The notes under the pieces are model-generated. The model saw only the letters and a list, made by a program, of their open reading frames with translations. It had not been told where the DNA came from and did not search any database. Below, piece by piece: positions 1 to 12,213 of a stretch of DNA of 64,000 bases (position 1 is the first letter of the stretch; every line of letters starts with the position of its first letter). The stretch spans positions 19,082,795 to 19,146,794 of the forward strand of contig NC_092670.1 in assembly GCF_964355755.1 (NCBI RefSeq). Reading direction: 5' to 3'. Made by a program: the position numbers and the translations under genes. The stretch comes from Antedon mediterranea. Its lineage: Eukaryota; Animalia; Echinodermata.

Positions 1-784
1 ATGCTATTGTACCTCTGAACTGTAAAGTTCCTGCTGATTTGATTGAATATAAGGAAGGTATTACGCGTGTGGGTGAGTTGCAACCTGTGTCAAAAAATCG
101 TGCTGGTATGAAAAGGGAGTACACTATTCCAGTATACAAAATTGAAAAAAAAAACAACGAAGTGAGTATAGACTTTAAGAAGTGCATGTGCGCAGCTTCT
201 ACTAAAGACATTAAAATAAATATTTGACTGGTATTTGCATATACAATATTTAGTCATAGTCTTTAAATCAGTCCATTAAGTAAGTGTGACTATAAGAAAT
301 CTTATTTTTTAGCCACCATTCTTTGTTATTTGTGGGTATGTGACCATCATCGATACGCTGTTTGAGATGACTAACTTTATTAAATTTGAAGAAAAGAAAC
401 GTGAAGAGCAATGTCTACTGTTCATAAGGACACTTCAGGAATTAATTGACGACAATTGCGAAGAAAAGTGCGAGATTGTGACTTTGTCAGGTAAGCCTTG
501 AGTACCAAAGATGGAGAAGGGTAGTAACACTATATTTTGTCTGCCTAGATTGCGTAACGTAGGCCTTCTCTACACCTACACACAAAAAACCTCCTATATG
601 TTGAGCTATTTGACACATAAAGAATTAACCGGTAATATTAAGTTCAACAGGCTTTTGAAATCTTGGCTAATCAATGTCATTTTTAGGTGACGACTCTCTG
701 ATAGATGCTCTTTATAAAAAAAGAGAGAAAGAGAACAAGAACGAGGGCGGAGAAACTCGACTGTCAATGAGTACTGATGTATAA
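1..784 (+). CDS. STING1: STING-like gene copy 1 (subtype A), 3' part only; exons <1-161, 313-490, 687-784
   Basis: Spliced translation AIVPLNCKVP...KNRAGMKREYTIPVYKI | PPFFVICGYVTIIDTLFEM...REEQCLLFIRTLQELI | GDDSLIDALYKKREKENKNEGGETRLSMSTDV*. Matches STING motifs (human LPLDCGVP, DRAGIKDRVYSNSIY, EYATPLQTLFAM, RLEQAKLFCRTLEDIL). GT-AG junctions. The 5' part lies outside the window. Confidence 0.88.
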
Positions 785-1934
785 CATATAAGGTTTTCAC
801 CAAGGCATCGATACACTGTACTGCCGTTCACTTCGGGAATATTTAGATATCATCATAGGAAAAATGTCACTATACAAAGATTGGTAACACGGCCACTATG
901 GATATTAGTATACTAGGCCATAAAGCGAAATAATGAATTGATTTTTCTTCTTTGAAATGAATATACGTATAGCTAGTGAACCATAATAGTTGCACTAATG
1001 GAATAAATAGGCCTTTAACAAGTTGGTTGATCCTATAATAATAATTATTTGTTTATTTCTGGTGTATTATGTACGGTAATTTTGGCTGCATTGTATTATT
1101 TCAACCTTTAGTTGCTTTAGTTATAAGAAACGTTCTATTAGTCTGAAGTTTTAGTGTGTGTGAGTCAGATTTTCATTTTTGAATAAATTAAATATGGCCA
1201 GGGGGCCGCCGGGGCTTTTAGAGCATTTATTAAATAAATTCAATATCAAAAACAATTACTATAATAGTAGAACTAAGCCGAATTTAATAGTATCAAAACC
1301 AAAAACAAACTACATAAAACGTAGCTTATATAAAGGTACCAAGATATTTTAGTGACCAAATAAAATATTTCGTTTATACATCTTTTGTCATAATTATTAT
1401 ATAGTACTCTTGATGCACAGTATTTTTTTGAATTTTAACAAATTATATTTGTTGATAAAAAAAAGAGAAAATGTTAAAAAAACAAATACGAACAGTAATA
1501 ATTATATTATAATAGTTTACATAAACGCTGAATATATCAAGTTAGATATTAATAAGGAGCGACATAATATATTAATAATAATTACTTTTAAGGCCGTCTG
1601 AGTATACAACAACATTTATTCAATATTCAATATTTTACAAAGTTTATGGGTTGAGATACACAGAAGCCAAAGTGGCTTGTCTTTGTAGTCCTAAGCATAA
1701 ACATAAAACATATTATACGGACGCATTACATTAACAAAAAATGACATTTTGAGACAGAAAAAGAAAAAAAAAACACACACAACTATATAATGACCGAGAA
1801 TGTGATGCGCTTAACTTTAATTAATGTATGGGAAAAACCAGTGTAATTATTTTTAGATACTATTGTTTGTATATAATTTGCATAAAAACCTATTGTTACA
1901 ATTATATTCGCTTCAATTTGTATATGGTATATGT

Positions 1935-3057
1935 TTTGATGAAGAGGAGATATGCATTGTCCGTAAATACAACCATCTATTTTCTCTGCCAATCGTGTGT
2001 TTTTTACTGCCCTTGTTGTAAAATTGTGTATGTCCTTGTTCATGTTCTTTGAGGAATTGTTATAGAGTTATTTCACCGGGTATCTAAAAATTATTCTGAA
2101 AGGTTTGTGAATTAGCTTTTTTGCCTAACAAAAATCAATAAATAAATCAATAATAAATCTTCAAAGTAAAAATAAATACTTTATTAACACTGTGCATGTA
2201 ACTAGTCTTATTTCACATAGTCTGTCTGAATTATATTACTATATATAAAGTCATTCATTCTTTTACATTAAACTGTATGAATATTATCATTTTCTCTCAG
2301 ATTTTAAAGGAACTATAGAGAAAGAAGAAATGTGGAAATGTGAATTAAATCAGGGAAACCTGCAGTGCAAATTCTATGTTATTATACCTCGGAACTGTAG
2401 CATTCCTTCCAAACTTGGAGACAGCGACAAACACAGAGGAATTACAATTGTCAGTGATTTACCGGTTGTTGAAGAACCTCGTGCTGGTGTTACCAGGAGG
2501 TACATTAATTCAGTCTACAAAATTGAAAATGAAGAAGGAGTTGTAAGTAAAATCTGTACTGTAGTGCTAGTTCTAATATAATAAATGGATAGCTGAGTAG
2601 TGGTTACCTTTCTAAAATATTTCTTTTCTTTCAGTGGCATTATGCCATTTGTGAGTATGTGACCATCATTGATACACTGTTCCAGATGTCTTTGTATACT
2701 GAATTTAATGCACAGAAACGTGATGATCAGTGCCGTTTGCTCGTCAGAAAACTTACGGAACTAATTGATAGCAACGAAGATTGTCGAAATAAATGCGTCA
2801 TTGTGCCTTTTTCAGGTAAACACAAAATAGTGTCTAAACCAATCATGTTTGCCCTGAAATTGTATGCGTGATTTTTTTTATTTAAGAACATACAATCTTG
2901 TTTGTAAAATCATATAGTTGATCTGAAATGGATTAATTTACTTTGCCTAACAAATTTGTTTAATTTATTGGGTTTTTTTTCAGGTGCAGACGATGGCCCT
3001 CTGTTAAGAGATGTCCTTCTTGATAAAATCAAAGAAAATCGGGTACAAATTAATTAG
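1935..3057 (+). pseudogene. STING1: STING-like copy 2 (subtype B-like); TM exon frameshifted and deleted, ligand-domain exons 2066-2102, 2301-2542, 2635-2815, 2984-3057 open
   Basis: Remnant YNHLFSLPIV...FEE is joined at ~2060 directly to SYFTGYLKIILK. Downstream exons give PRNCSIPS...EPRAGVTRRYINSVYKI, ICEYVTIIDTLFQMS and GADDGPLLRDVLLDKIKENRVQIN*. No ATG mini-exon found. Confidence 0.75.
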
Positions 3058-3565
3058 TGGCTGAAAGTGCCCATGATCTGACGATATACTTTGTCTACTT
3101 TTGATTTGATTTTGGTGGGGAGTTTTTTTTAGTTTCAATTTTTATTTGCAATTCTTAGAATTCAAAATAATTTCAGTAGGCCTATATTTTTATGAAAAAA
3201 CTGTAAAAATAAATGAACTAAATACAATTTTTTATAACAATATTAGTACAGTATACAGGTTTTAACTTTAAACAAGGTATTTTTATTATTTTTGTTTTGT
3301 ATCAAGGCTGAATAGTAAGTCACCAATTTCTGAATTAAGTGTGATGGGTTAGGGTTTTATTCAAATTTTGTTTGCATTTCTTAGAATTAAAAATAATTTC
3401 AGTATCATATATATTATTATGAAAATACTAATAAATGAACTTTTCTATAATAATATAAGGGCAGTATACAGGTCTTAACTTTGAACAGGGTATTTTTATT
3501 TTTTTATATTTTTTTATCAAGGCTGAATAGTGTTTTCCTTTTATGCATTTTATATATATAGATAC

Positions 3566-3742
3566 TTTAAAAGTATTGATTAAAGGTTAATCAAATTAAC
3601 AGTTAGTATAGTTAAACGTTAAAGATAAAATAAACCACAAGTCCATGCACATTTTAAACAGGGCATTTTTATTTATTTTTTTTATCAAGACCTAATCGTG
3701 ATAAGTCACCAATTAAAATAGTTTGATTGTTTTCCTTTCATG

Positions 3743-3779
<37 letters not shown>

Positions 3780-3875
3780 TATTTGAAAAGTAGTGATTAA
3801 AGGTTAATCAAATTAACAGTTAGTATAGTTAAACGTTAAAGATAAAATAAACCACAAGTCCATGCACATTTTATA
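3566..3875. repeat. Local ~85-bp duplication flanking a (TA)n microsatellite
   Basis: aaaagta.tgattaaaggttaatcaaattaacagtt...gtccatgcacatttta occurs at ~3569-3656 and ~3787-3873; (TA)n at ~3746-3777. Confidence 0.8.
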
Positions 3876-4667
3876 TTATATTATTTATTATTATAAAAAA
3901 TGTTTAGTTAGTAATTCTGCGTCATTTATCATTATAGTATTATTGATATACAGATTAGAATAAATGAAAACAAATATTAATCATTTGGTGTTCATGTTTA
4001 TAATGTAAATATTTGCCAAATAATAATAAATATATTTTGTGCAGAATGATTGTTGATAAAAAAATAACACAAAGTACAGTAAATGATACAAAGAAACAAA
4101 CATGAACAGTAATATCCGAGGGTGTTAAAAAGAGTCATTATCCAATCGAATTTGAATCACCAAGCATGAAAGCTCCGGTATTTTAATTGATTTCGGGTTC
4201 GATTTACACATATAATTGAACATATCTATTAAGAGCCACACATGACATGAAAGAACTTCACAAAAAGTGGATGCATTACAAAATGGGCCGATTATTAATG
4301 GCAATGCGTCGATCGAAATAATATAATAGTGCACGTTTCACAATATTCATTTTTCTAAAGCTTTTGTTCGCCTGAAACACAACGATATTATATTCTCATG
4401 AAAAATCCAATTGAGATAATTTCAGATTTTAACATTTGTTGATAATTTGCATATGAACGAGACTGCTAGGCCAAGCGTCACTGCCAGCATCTGTATACAA
4501 AGCTGATAACGCTAATTTTCAATTCATCAAGAGAACGGTATAGTAAATTCTAACTTTTAATCCTCATTTCTTGCATAATATCATTTATTGATATCTCATT
4601 CTTTACTTGTTTTAATTTTTTTTTATATACAGTATATTAATGTGTATCCAGTGTATCTACTACAACA

Positions 4668-7600
4668 ATGGCTGGGTAAGCTTTCTTATAATTGTTACCC
4701 TTTAAGTAAAACACTTACGTTTCACCCCGACTGCAATATTTAATGTTTGATTGAATAAAAAGAAAGTAATTATAGCTAATTAATGGTTCTACATTTGTAA
4801 TCGTTGTAGATATTGAGCATAACAATTCACTATCCCAAAAATACCTAGTTGTTAACTAAACCCCAATATCACCAATTATAGCGTTATTTAATCAATATAG
4901 AAAATCTTCTTCTGGGGTTCGAGAGGTACCAAAAAGGCGAGGCAAGGCCAACGAAAAGGCAGCAATTTGTGCTTTTATTGTAATTATGATTCATTCGTGT
5001 GTGGTGTGGATGACTGTCAATGTGGAAAAGCTAGAAAAAGGTGATATAGTCCGTCACTGTATGTATAACTCTGTATGTGCTCTGCCAGTGATGTTGTTCG
5101 GTGCCATCATTACACAGTTTTTTTGTTGCTTGTTTGTACTGATCGAGGAACGGAAGTATATGGAAATTCGTTACGATGGTAACCGCTCTCTGCTATTAAA
5201 AAACTGTTTCCAGATATTTTGGACAAGGAACTTCGTCGTGAGATTAGTAATCTTCATTGTTATTGTGGGTTTGATGATAAAAAGTGGAACAGATAGTTTT
5301 GACAACTACTTTCTCACCAGCTGGCTGAATCCCATACCAGCAATCGGTGTTTCAATCATTTTATACATATTTGATTTTAAGGTTTGTTACGTTTAGGCTA
5401 TATAGTATTTATTAATTAGGTATTTTGTAAATCAAATTTGAGTTTGATACTAGTTAATATATATTTTGTGATTGATTGTATTTTTTATAAATATCACAGA
5501 CACTATCAGTTGTTGAGCTCAGTGAAATTAAAGAATCTAATGTCAATGTCGCACAGGGCCTAGCATGGAGTTACTTTACTGGATATCTGAAAATCATTCT
5601 AGAAGGTATTTATCTACCGTTATAAAATAGTATTTATGTCACACTGTATTTTGGGTCTTTGACTAATCTTTAATATCTTATATCAAAAATCAAAATATAT
5701 ATACCTATTTGAATTATGTATTTAGAAATAAAAGAGAATTTAGACTGATTGCTATATACATTGAAAAAAGTTTTAAATAAAGGAATGTCCAAATCAAGAG
5801 AAATAATTTTATTTTAATGTTTTAGAAAATGCTTTACTTTAAGAAACGACCGCCTAAATATTGATTCATGTTATTATGTAATATGGGCCGAAGGCCAAAA
5901 TTACGAATAAAGAAAGAAAGAAAGTTCGTGTTTCACAAGAAAAAGTTATATTAATGCAAACCAATTCTTTTCCATCAGATCTTAAAAGAACTATCAATAA
6001 GACTGGAAATTGGAAACAACAATTGAAAAACAAAACACTAAAATGTGTATTCTATGCTATTGTACCGCTGAACTGCAAGGTTCCTGATTTGATTGAAGAT
6101 GAAAATGAAGGTATTACGCGTGTGGGTGAGTTGCAACCTGTGTCCAAAAATCGTGCTGGTATGAAAAGGGAGTACACTATTCCAGTATACAAAATTGAAA
6201 AAAACAACGAAGTGAGTATAGATTTTAAGATTAAGAAGTGCATGTGCTCTGGTCTGCCTAGTTCAGCTTCTAACATTAAAAATAATATTCGACTGCTATA
6301 TTTGCATACCATAAAATAGTTTAAGTTAGTCTTAGTCTTTGAATTTGTCTATTAAGTATGTGTGACTATTATAGATTAAATTATTAAAAAAGGTATTAGA
6401 ATTATTGCTTAGGCCCTACATAAAATCTATTATTAGAGTGATCAAGATTATTTCAACAGAATAAACTATGGAAAAGGAGGAGTGAGTATAGACTTTATAT
6501 AGAAGTGTTCTGTTCTGCCTGTAGTTCAGCTTCTAGGCCTACTAATTAATACATTAACAGGAAGTACAATCTTGAAAGAATTTCATTTAGCTTCGATTTT
6601 GTATAGATGACAAATTTCGTTTTTGTAAAAGCACAAGTTAACGGAGTACTTACTCGAACGTTTCGATCTCTATCAGAGATCCTTCTCAACTGACTGCGGA
6701 GTGTTAATGCAGCTTGGTCATTCTTGACGTCATCTGTTGATGACGTTGTACGCCTCCGGTTGTAGGTCATCAAGAAAGCGTTACACAACTGCCAGTATCC
6801 AGAGTGGTCCTTCCAGAGAGTTATGGAAAACCGAAAAAGAAAAAAGAACAAAGGACACGAACCACAGAAGGAAAAGATCAAGATGCGAGGTAGCATAGGA
6901 ATCCCCTATGTAAAAGGAATGGCAGAAAGAATACGACGCACTCTCTCCTATCACAATGTCGGAACCTATTTCCTACCCCAAAATAAAATCAAGAATAGCC
7001 TCGTCCACCCAAAAGATAAAATCGAGAAGATGGATACATGTGGAGTAATCTACGAAGTCACCTGCCGCAACTGTCCACAAGTTTACATTGGGGAAACAGG
7101 GAGGGCATTACAAACACGAATTAATGATCACAAAAAAGATGTTACAACAAACACGGGGGGAGTAATGACTAGGGCCTCCAGAACATCCACATCTTCGATC
7201 ATACACAAATCTGCCATTACAGAACATGTCATAAAACACAATCATGTACCGAACTGGGAGGCTACCATCTTAACCAAAGAGCCTAAACGCAAAGACAGAC
7301 AGATTAGAGAATCATTACATATAAGGAGAAATAAAGAGAAGACCATGAACCGGGACACTGGAGCCCACGAACTCTCGCATTTGTACAATGATTTGATAGA
7401 CACATCACCTGGCCGAGCCCCGCACAACCTCCAACCTACAACCGGAGGCGTACAACGTCATCAACAGATGACGTCAAGAATGACCAAGCTGCATTAACAC
7501 TCCGCAGTCAGTTGAGAAGGATCTCTGATAGAGATCGAAACGTTCGAGTAAGTACTCCGTTAACTTGTGCTTTTACAAAAACGAAATTTGTCATCTAGGA

Positions 7601-8175
7601 AGTACAATATTCGACTGCTATTGCATACCATAAAATAGTTTAATTAAGTCTTAGTCTTTAAATTAGTCTATTAATAAGTAAGTGTGACTATAAGAAATCT
7701 TATTTTTTAGCCACCATTCTTTGTTATTTGTGGGTATGTGGCGATCATCGATACGCTGTTTAAGATGACTGAGTTTATTCAATTTGATAAAACGAAACGT
7801 GAAGAGCAATGCCGACGGTTTGTCAGGGCACTTCAGGAATTAATTGATAACCATTACAAAGAAAAGTGCGAGATTGTAAATTTGTCAGGTAAGCCTTGAA
7901 TACCAATAATGGAGAAGGGTAGTAACACCAATTGTATGCTTGCTGGATTGCGTAACGTAGGCCTTTACACCTACACAGAAAACCTATATGTTGAGCTATT
8001 TGACACATAAAGAATTAACCGGTAATATTAAGTTCAACAGACTTTTTAAATCTGGGCTAATCTATGTCATTTTTTAGGTGAAAACAACGACCGTTTGATA
8101 GATGCTCTTTATAAAAAAAGAGAAAGAAAGAGAAGAAGAACAGGGCGGAGAAGCTCGACTGTCAATGACTACTAA
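4668..8175 (+). CDS. STING1: STING-like gene copy 3 (subtype A); coding exons 4668-4675, 4901-5381, 5500-5605, 5979-6211, 7711-7888, 8078-8175
   Basis: MAG|KSSSGVREVPKRRGKANEKAA (cf. human PRGHGAQKAA), hydrophobic TM exon, TLSVVELSEIKESNVNVAQGLAWSYFTGYLKIILE, KNRAGMKREYTIPVYKI, GYVAIIDTLFKM. All introns GT-AG with consistent phases 2,0,1,0,1. Confidence 0.9.
6571..7597 (+). mobile_element. 5'-truncated Penelope-like retroelement (GIY-YIG endonuclease ORF 6823-7497) with inverted pLTR, in intron 4 of STING copy 3
   Basis: GIPYVKG...CGVIYEVTCRNCPQVYIGETGR...R..DH...SAITEH..H.P.W...ESLHI...MNRD = PLE RT C-terminus plus GIY-YIG. 6604-6767 is the reverse complement of 7434-7597. Target duplication (a)ggaagtacaat at 6559-6570 and 7597-7608. 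Confidence 0.92.
7508..7550 (+). ncRNA. Minimal hammerhead-ribozyme-like motif in the Penelope pLTR (mirror copy on - strand at ~6651-6693)
   Basis: gTTGAGAAg-GATCTC-tgata-GAGATC-GAAACGTTc: variant CUGANGA box, 6-bp stem II, GAAA, palindromic AACGTT, as described for PLE pLTR hammerheads. The core is non-canonical. Confidence 0.55.
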
Positions 8176-9584
8176 AGTATAATACAAGGTTTTTACCATG
8201 GGCATCGATCCACTCCAATGACCGTTCACTTCGGGAATATTTATATATTTATTATCTTATTCAAATGTCACTATACAAATATTGGTAACACGGCCACTGT
8301 GGCTATTAGTATATTTGTTGCAAAAATGGATGTTTTAAGAGCTTTAAACTTAAATAAAAAATCAGCTTATGAATGCAATGAATGTACCTATATCTAGTGA
8401 ACCATGATAGTGCACTAATGTAATAAATAGACCTTTAAAAAGTCGGTTGATCCTATAATAATAATAATTTGTTTATTTCTGGTGTATTATTTACGGTAAT
8501 TTGGGCTGCATTGTATTATTTCAACCTTTAGTTCGGGTTTTAGTTATAGTAAACGCTCCATAGTCTGAAGTTATCTAATTTGCCATTGTTTTCTTTTAGT
8601 GTGTGCGTACGATTTTCATTTTTGAATAAATTAAATATTGTAATGTTCAACTTGTTTTAATTCAGTATTATTTTCATCAATATGCTTACGACAGTTTTTG
8701 TTCTGCCTTCGGTTAAAACTATCATTATTCATAGACCTAGTTAATGGATGATTACTAGCTATTGCCTAGTTTAAAGTAAAGGTTTTCAGCTCCTTCCTAC
8801 TGGTTACTAGGTAAGCATCTATATTTTTATCTCTAGTCTTAATTTTAGAATTGTTTTGCTTTAATAAGTATGTTACTTGTTTTAAGTTATAGTTGTTGAT
8901 TGTATACTATAGACACAACGCAATAGTAGCCTATACTGCCGTTAATGACACGATCGATCGATTACTGTTATTTTAAATAGTAACACGACATAGCTTTGTT
9001 ACAGTCTTTGTGGATGATTTTATTGTGTTTGTGCCAGTGCTGCAGCTCTGGAAAATACTACGCGATACAACGACGCTCGAACCTGTTACATATGTAATTG
9101 TAAGGGAAAAAATACGAATAGTAATTTTAATTATACAAATTTTATAAACGCAAAATGAAGTTAGTAATTAATGAGTCGTGATAAAGAATGACTTTGTAAT
9201 GTAATGACTGAGAATGTAATGAATCGATCAGTAAACGGCGTTTCACATTATTCTATTAATATTCTATGGGAAAAACCAATGTGTTTATTTTTAGATTATA
9301 ATGCTTGTTATTTGCATCTGAATGCGCGCAGGATCGAATATCGTATGTAGACCACAGCGTCATTGTCAATGGCCGCATCATAAACGCTAAAATAATTCGT
9401 CAAGAGAAAAGGTTAGTTAATAAATCGGTTTAAATGTCAATTTAACCTTTTTAACGTTTCTTGTTCCTTGCATTCTTGTCAAATAACATTTATTAATATC
9501 TCAATATTTATTTGTTTTTAATTTTATATACAGTACCGAAGGCCTAATTTGTATTCTGTGTCTAGTAATCTACATTTTACCACA

Positions 9585-11755
9585 ATGGCTGTGTAAGGTT
9601 TTCTCTTTTATATACTGAATGTAAAATATGATACTGTAATTAAGATTAAGAGGGATAGATCCTGCTCTTCCTTCCCTGTTTCTTGCATACCATCTACAAA
9701 TGACACTTATGTTTAACCCCCCGGAATATTTACAGGTATATAACTTTGTAGGCGTATCCATTACTACCCTAAAACGGTACTAGACCTAAAATAAATTCTA
9801 CATCATAAGAGGGATAGATTGTATAATGACATTTTTATTATACTTTGATAGAAATTCATCTTTAGTTAACTATGGCTTTGGAGAGTTGCCAGAAAAACGG
9901 GACGAATCGAGACAAAACAATGCAGCATACATTGTTATTATTGTACTCGTTATTATTTTTATACTGATCGGGGTAATATGGTTTGATGGTAAAGAGGAGC
10001 TACAATCCAACCGTATATACAACCATGTATTTTCTCTGCCAATCGTGTTTGTCAGTGCCTTCTTTACAAAATGTTTAATGTGCTCGTTCGTGTTCTTCGA
10101 GGAATGGCCGCACATAGAAACTCGCTACAACAACTCATCCGCCACTTGCTTTAAACACTGTTTCCAGGTATTTCGGACGACATTATTTGTGGGATTTTGT
10201 GTTTTACTGATTTTCATTATGGGAATATTTTGGATGATGAGTAAAGACCATCATTTCAGTAACCACTGGTCACTCAACTGGCCGAACATCATAACGTCGG
10301 TCGGTGTCACAATCATTACGAACTACGCATTTGGTTTCAAGGTAAACGGTTACAACTAATATTAACAACAATTCAATGTAGGTTCACTTGAATCGATCAT
10401 TAAAGTTATTATATTCCTTATAGGAAGCGAATACTGTAGTCTAAATTGATTCATTGTAAATTTGTGTGTATATATATTTGTTTATTTCATAGTCACTGTC
10501 AGTTGTAGAGCTTAGTGAAATTCACGAATCTACCAACATCAATGTCGCACAAGGATTAGCATGGAGTTATTTCACCGGCTATCTAAAAATCATTCTGAAG
10601 GGTTTGTAAATTACATTTTCACAAAAATAAATTAAGTAATCAATTACAAATTGATCAAATAGTATGTATTTTCTCAACTGCACTGTATTGATAAAAGGCA
10701 CCACACCACACCACATCTACTGTATTATCATTTTCCCTTAGATCTTAAAGGAACTGTAGAGAAAGATAGAGATGATGACCCCAATGGTATAAGCTGGAAA
10801 GCCGAATTAAACCAGGGTAACCTACAGTGCATGTTTTATGCTATCGTGCCTCTGAACTGTGAAATTCCTTCCAAACTTGGTGATTGTCCCATTAAACACA
10901 AAGGAATTACCTTTGAGGGCAAGCTACCTACTCTGTATGTCGATCGTGCAGGTGTGAAAGACAGGCCGTATGTTAATTCAGTTTACAAAATTGACAATGG
11001 AAAAGGAGAAGTAAGTGAATAGTTTAAGACGTTGGTGTTTATTAACATGTCTTATGTGATTACTCAATGCTAATAGAAATTCCTGCAGTGCAGCAAAGTT
11101 ATCTTGTGCTATTCTTGCTTGTTGTAGGAGTTAATAATGTCAACATTTTTTTTCAGTCAAAGTTGGCCATTTGTGAGTATGTAACCATCATTGATACACT
11201 GTTCCAGATGCCTCTTTGCACTGATATTGACCCACAAAAACGTGAAGAACAGTGCCGCCTACTAGTCAGCACACTTCGTGACTTAATTAAAGAAGATAAA
11301 GATTGTCGCAATAAATGCAAAATTGTGACTTTTTCAGGTAATGTTTCTAAATCATTATGATTTTTAGGGTGAACATAAAATTTATTAGAATTAGTGTTTC
11401 CGTAACAGCTTTATGCCAATGTTTAAGACACTGAAGTACGAGAATGACTTTGTTTGTTTTGGCAAGATTGTTGAATTGTTGTACTTTGCACTGTTTTGTA
11501 TTTGTGTCTCAGAGCGACAAACTTGTCTATACATTATTGTAAGCTTATGCAAATGATATTAATAAATGGAGGAAATGTTTGCGTAGTAAAGATTAACACA
11601 CTGTACTGGAAACAAAGTAAAGGATAATAAACCGAATACTTAATATATTTAAATATAAATACATTTGTTATTGCTTTTCAGGCAAAGAAGACGGGCCTCT
11701 TTTAAGAGACGTTCTTCTTGACAATATCCGAAATGTTGGGGTGCAATTGGAGTAG
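9585..11755 (+). CDS. STING1: STING-like gene copy 4 (subtype B); coding exons 9585-9592, 9852-10341, 10493-10601, 10742-11010, 11157-11337, 11682-11755
   Basis: MAV|NSSLVNYGFGELPEKRD, TM exon, NINVAQGLAWSYFTGYLKIILK, DRAGVKDRPYVNSVYKI, CEYVTIIDTLFQM, GKEDGPLLRDVLLDNIRNVGVQLE*. Open frame with GT-AG introns. Confidence 0.92.
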
Positions 11756-12213
11756 AGGGATGACTGAAGATTTCTTATTTTGGGGTTTTTTTTCGTAATT
11801 AAGGACTGCGTTACAAGTGAATCTTGTGCATATTTGACGTTAATTAATCATTCATTGTCTCTCATGAAATTCCAATATTGATCATTTGGATTAGGATATA
11901 GTTATGATAATATCTCAACAAACAAAAACCCAACATTTAAAAAAGATTAAAGGATTGATTTGTGTATATACTGGTAATTGGTTTATTTTTTGTAAATTGC
12001 ATTTTGTTCGTAAGAGTGAATAAATAAATATAAATTTTCTCTGAACATTTTCATTCGTTATTTTGTCTTAATATCGGACATCGTACGAAATTTATATTTT
12101 GTTTTGAAGGGAATTCAATTTTCCATCGATAATAATAGGCCTCTAGGACTATCTGTCTATTTTTTATTGTAAGGATAAAATTTATTTAATGTAAAAATAT
12201 CTTCTTCTTTTAG

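Noticed and set aside
10858-10866. Copy 4 has E at the position of human G207 (G207E is gain-of-function), and the copies have I at V147
   Set aside because: These positions vary among the paralogues (K/S/E) or are conservative changes; human disease alleles cannot be transferred across this distance.
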